Part shown: positions 62,643 to 64,000 of the stretch, piece by piece
Layout of the letters: each line of letters opens with the position of its first letter
Numbering within the stretch: position 1 is the stretch's first letter
Source: Methanobacteriota archaeon
GTDB lineage: Archaea; Halobacteriota; Bog-38; Methanoflorentales; Methanoflorentaceae
Assembly: GCA_963720465.1 (NCBI GenBank)
Contig: OY970393.1
Span: forward strand, 1,888,001-1,952,000
Length of the DNA stretch: 64,000 bases
Reading direction: 5' to 3'
Position numbers and translations under genes: made by a program
The notes under the pieces: model-generated
The model's database searches: none
The model's input: the letters and a program-made list of their open reading frames with translations, nothing else
What the model was told of the DNA's origin: nothing

Positions 62643-64000
62643 TCACAAACTATGACGCGAGAATGCGCCACGCAATGCGTCGCCGATGGCGTGTTGTACG
62701 GGGCCCAGAACGAAGCCGAGCTGCTTCTTTGCGAGAGCCCGCCGCAAGTAGGACGCTCGCACGTAAAAACCAAAGTATGCTTTCAAAAACCACCGGTGCA
62801 GTTCAGCTGTCGAAAGGGCACTCGTACGAACCACGGGTTTTGTGAGGGTAAACTTACTCCAGTCATCCAAGGTAATCTCGAGATCGTAGTTGTCGATGTT
62901 GTCGTACAGCTCAGTTCCCGGATAGGGCGTGGTGACCGAAAACATTGCGAAATCCGGCGTGACCTGTTTTGCGAGGTTGATCGTGTCGACGACCTTCTGC
63001 TGGTCATCCCCGGGCAATCCGATCATAAAGGACGCCGTTGTTGCGTAATCGTAGTTTCTAAGCACGTCAAAGGCGTTAATCACCTGATCGGTCGAAAACC
63101 CTTTCTTGATGAGCTTCAGCGTGTCGTCCGAGGCAGACTCAACGCCAAAAAAGAGCCCGTTGCAGCCGACTTCGCGCAGCCTGCCGAGTAAGTCATCATC
63201 AATGGAGTCAACACGCCCTGTGCACGACCAGCTAAACTTTAGGTTGTTTGCCTCTACCAGATCGGCAAACTTGAACGCGCGCTCTTTGTTGAGAATGAAA
63301 TTGTCATCGAGCATTGTGACGTTTTCGTAGCCTTGGCCAACGAGCTGAGCCACCTCCTCGAAGACGTTGTACGCGCTCCGCGACCGAAACGTCTTGTGGT
63401 ACATATTTGAGGAGGCGCAGAAAATACACCTGAACGGGCATCCTCTGCTCGATATGACTCCGGTGCTGCGAGGCGGCGAGTACTTTCCCATTGGGAGCAA
63501 GTCCCTCGCGGGAAACGGAATATCATCCAAATCGGCGATCAGCTTTCTGTCTGGGTTTCGAATTATCGCGTCAGCGTCTCGCAGGGTGATACCCTCAACG
63601 TCGTGCAAACTGCCTGACTCGATGGAAGCTGCGACGTCGAGCATTGTGGCCTCTCCCTCCCCCCTAACAACGGCGTCAGCCGCTGATTTCTCGAGACACT
63701 CGCGGTCCAAAAAAGTTGCCTGTGGACCGCCGAGAACTACCTTCGTACCATTGTTCGATTGTTTAATGAGGTTCGCGAGCGCAAGGGCTGAGCTGTAAGT
63801 TGGTGCAGTCGTCGTGATGCCGACGAGGTCCGCCGTCCGCACGCGCTCCGTAATCTGCAAGTTGCTCAGCCGGTCAACTTCAGCATCTATGATAGCAACG
63901 CGATGACCGTGCTCTCTGAGAAAAGCGCCCATATAAGCGAGCCCAATCGGCGGCGAGCAGATATTCAGCTTTCTGACGTCTCCCTTGCTAAACGGCGGTT
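62643..64000 (-). CDS. B12-binding domain radical SAM protein (5' end outside the window)
   Basis: PPIGLAY, VVLGGP, VRGEGE, SRGCPFRCIFC, GVES and TPYPGT motifs; frame open to the window edge. Confidence 0.92.
   Translation of the reverse strand, partial: PPFSKGDVRKLNICSPPIGLAYMGAFLREHGHRVAIIDAEVDRLSNLQITERVRTADLVGITTTAPTYSSALALANLIKQSNNGTKVVLGGPQATFLDRECLEKSAADAVVRGEGEATMLDVAASIESGSLHDVEGITLRDADAIIRNPDRKLIADLDDIPFPARDLLPMGKYSPPRSTGVISSRGCPFRCIFCASSNMYHKTFRSRSAYNVFEEVAQLVGQGYENVTMLDDNFILNKERAFKFADLVEANNLKFSWSCTGRVDSIDDDLLGRLREVGCNGLFFGVESASDDTLKLIKKGFSTDQVINAFDVLRNYDYATTASFMIGLPGDDQQKVVDTINLAKQVTPDFAMFSVTTPYPGTELYDNIDNYDLEITLDDWSKFTLTKPVVRTSALSTAELHRWFLKAYFGFYVRASYLRRALAKKQLGFVLGPVQHAIGDALRGAFSRHSL

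Overview
Archaeal chromosomal window. PolD DP2, Orc1/Cdc6, SufCB/SmsCB, DUF1890 and DUF2769 genes suggest a Methanomicrobia/Halobacteriota-like lineage (inference). It has three zones. (1) About 1-29 kb is an accessory, decaying region: two ABC exporter pairs, four tyrosine-recombinase relics, several gene fragments (AlbA_2, FeoB, PNPOx-like), a PaaK-like ligase opposite a TRAM-less methylthiotransferase, and a PadR gene followed in frame by a His-rich hexamer repeat. (2) About 29-51 kb is GC-rich housekeeping DNA: DUF362 Fe-S protein, frameshifted sufB, sufC, NDP-sugar synthase, cdc6, polD DP2, GT4, PEPCK-like, TPR/HEAT proteins and a flippase. (3) About 51.3-61.9 kb is a visibly AT-richer island holding a coupled mre11-rad50-nurA-HAS-barrel-herA operon of non-canonical order. 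Next to it is a ~2.3-kb cassette (KpnI-like HNH endonuclease, convergent DPWY-motif methyltransferase, AbrB-fold regulator) bracketed by inverted arrays of GTTGTTAA repeats and lacking its own mobilase. This cassette and island are the best candidate for an undescribed system. The window ends with sod and a B12-binding radical SAM gene. No tRNA, rRNA or CRISPR array was recognised. All family calls come from motif recognition by eye, not from database searches.
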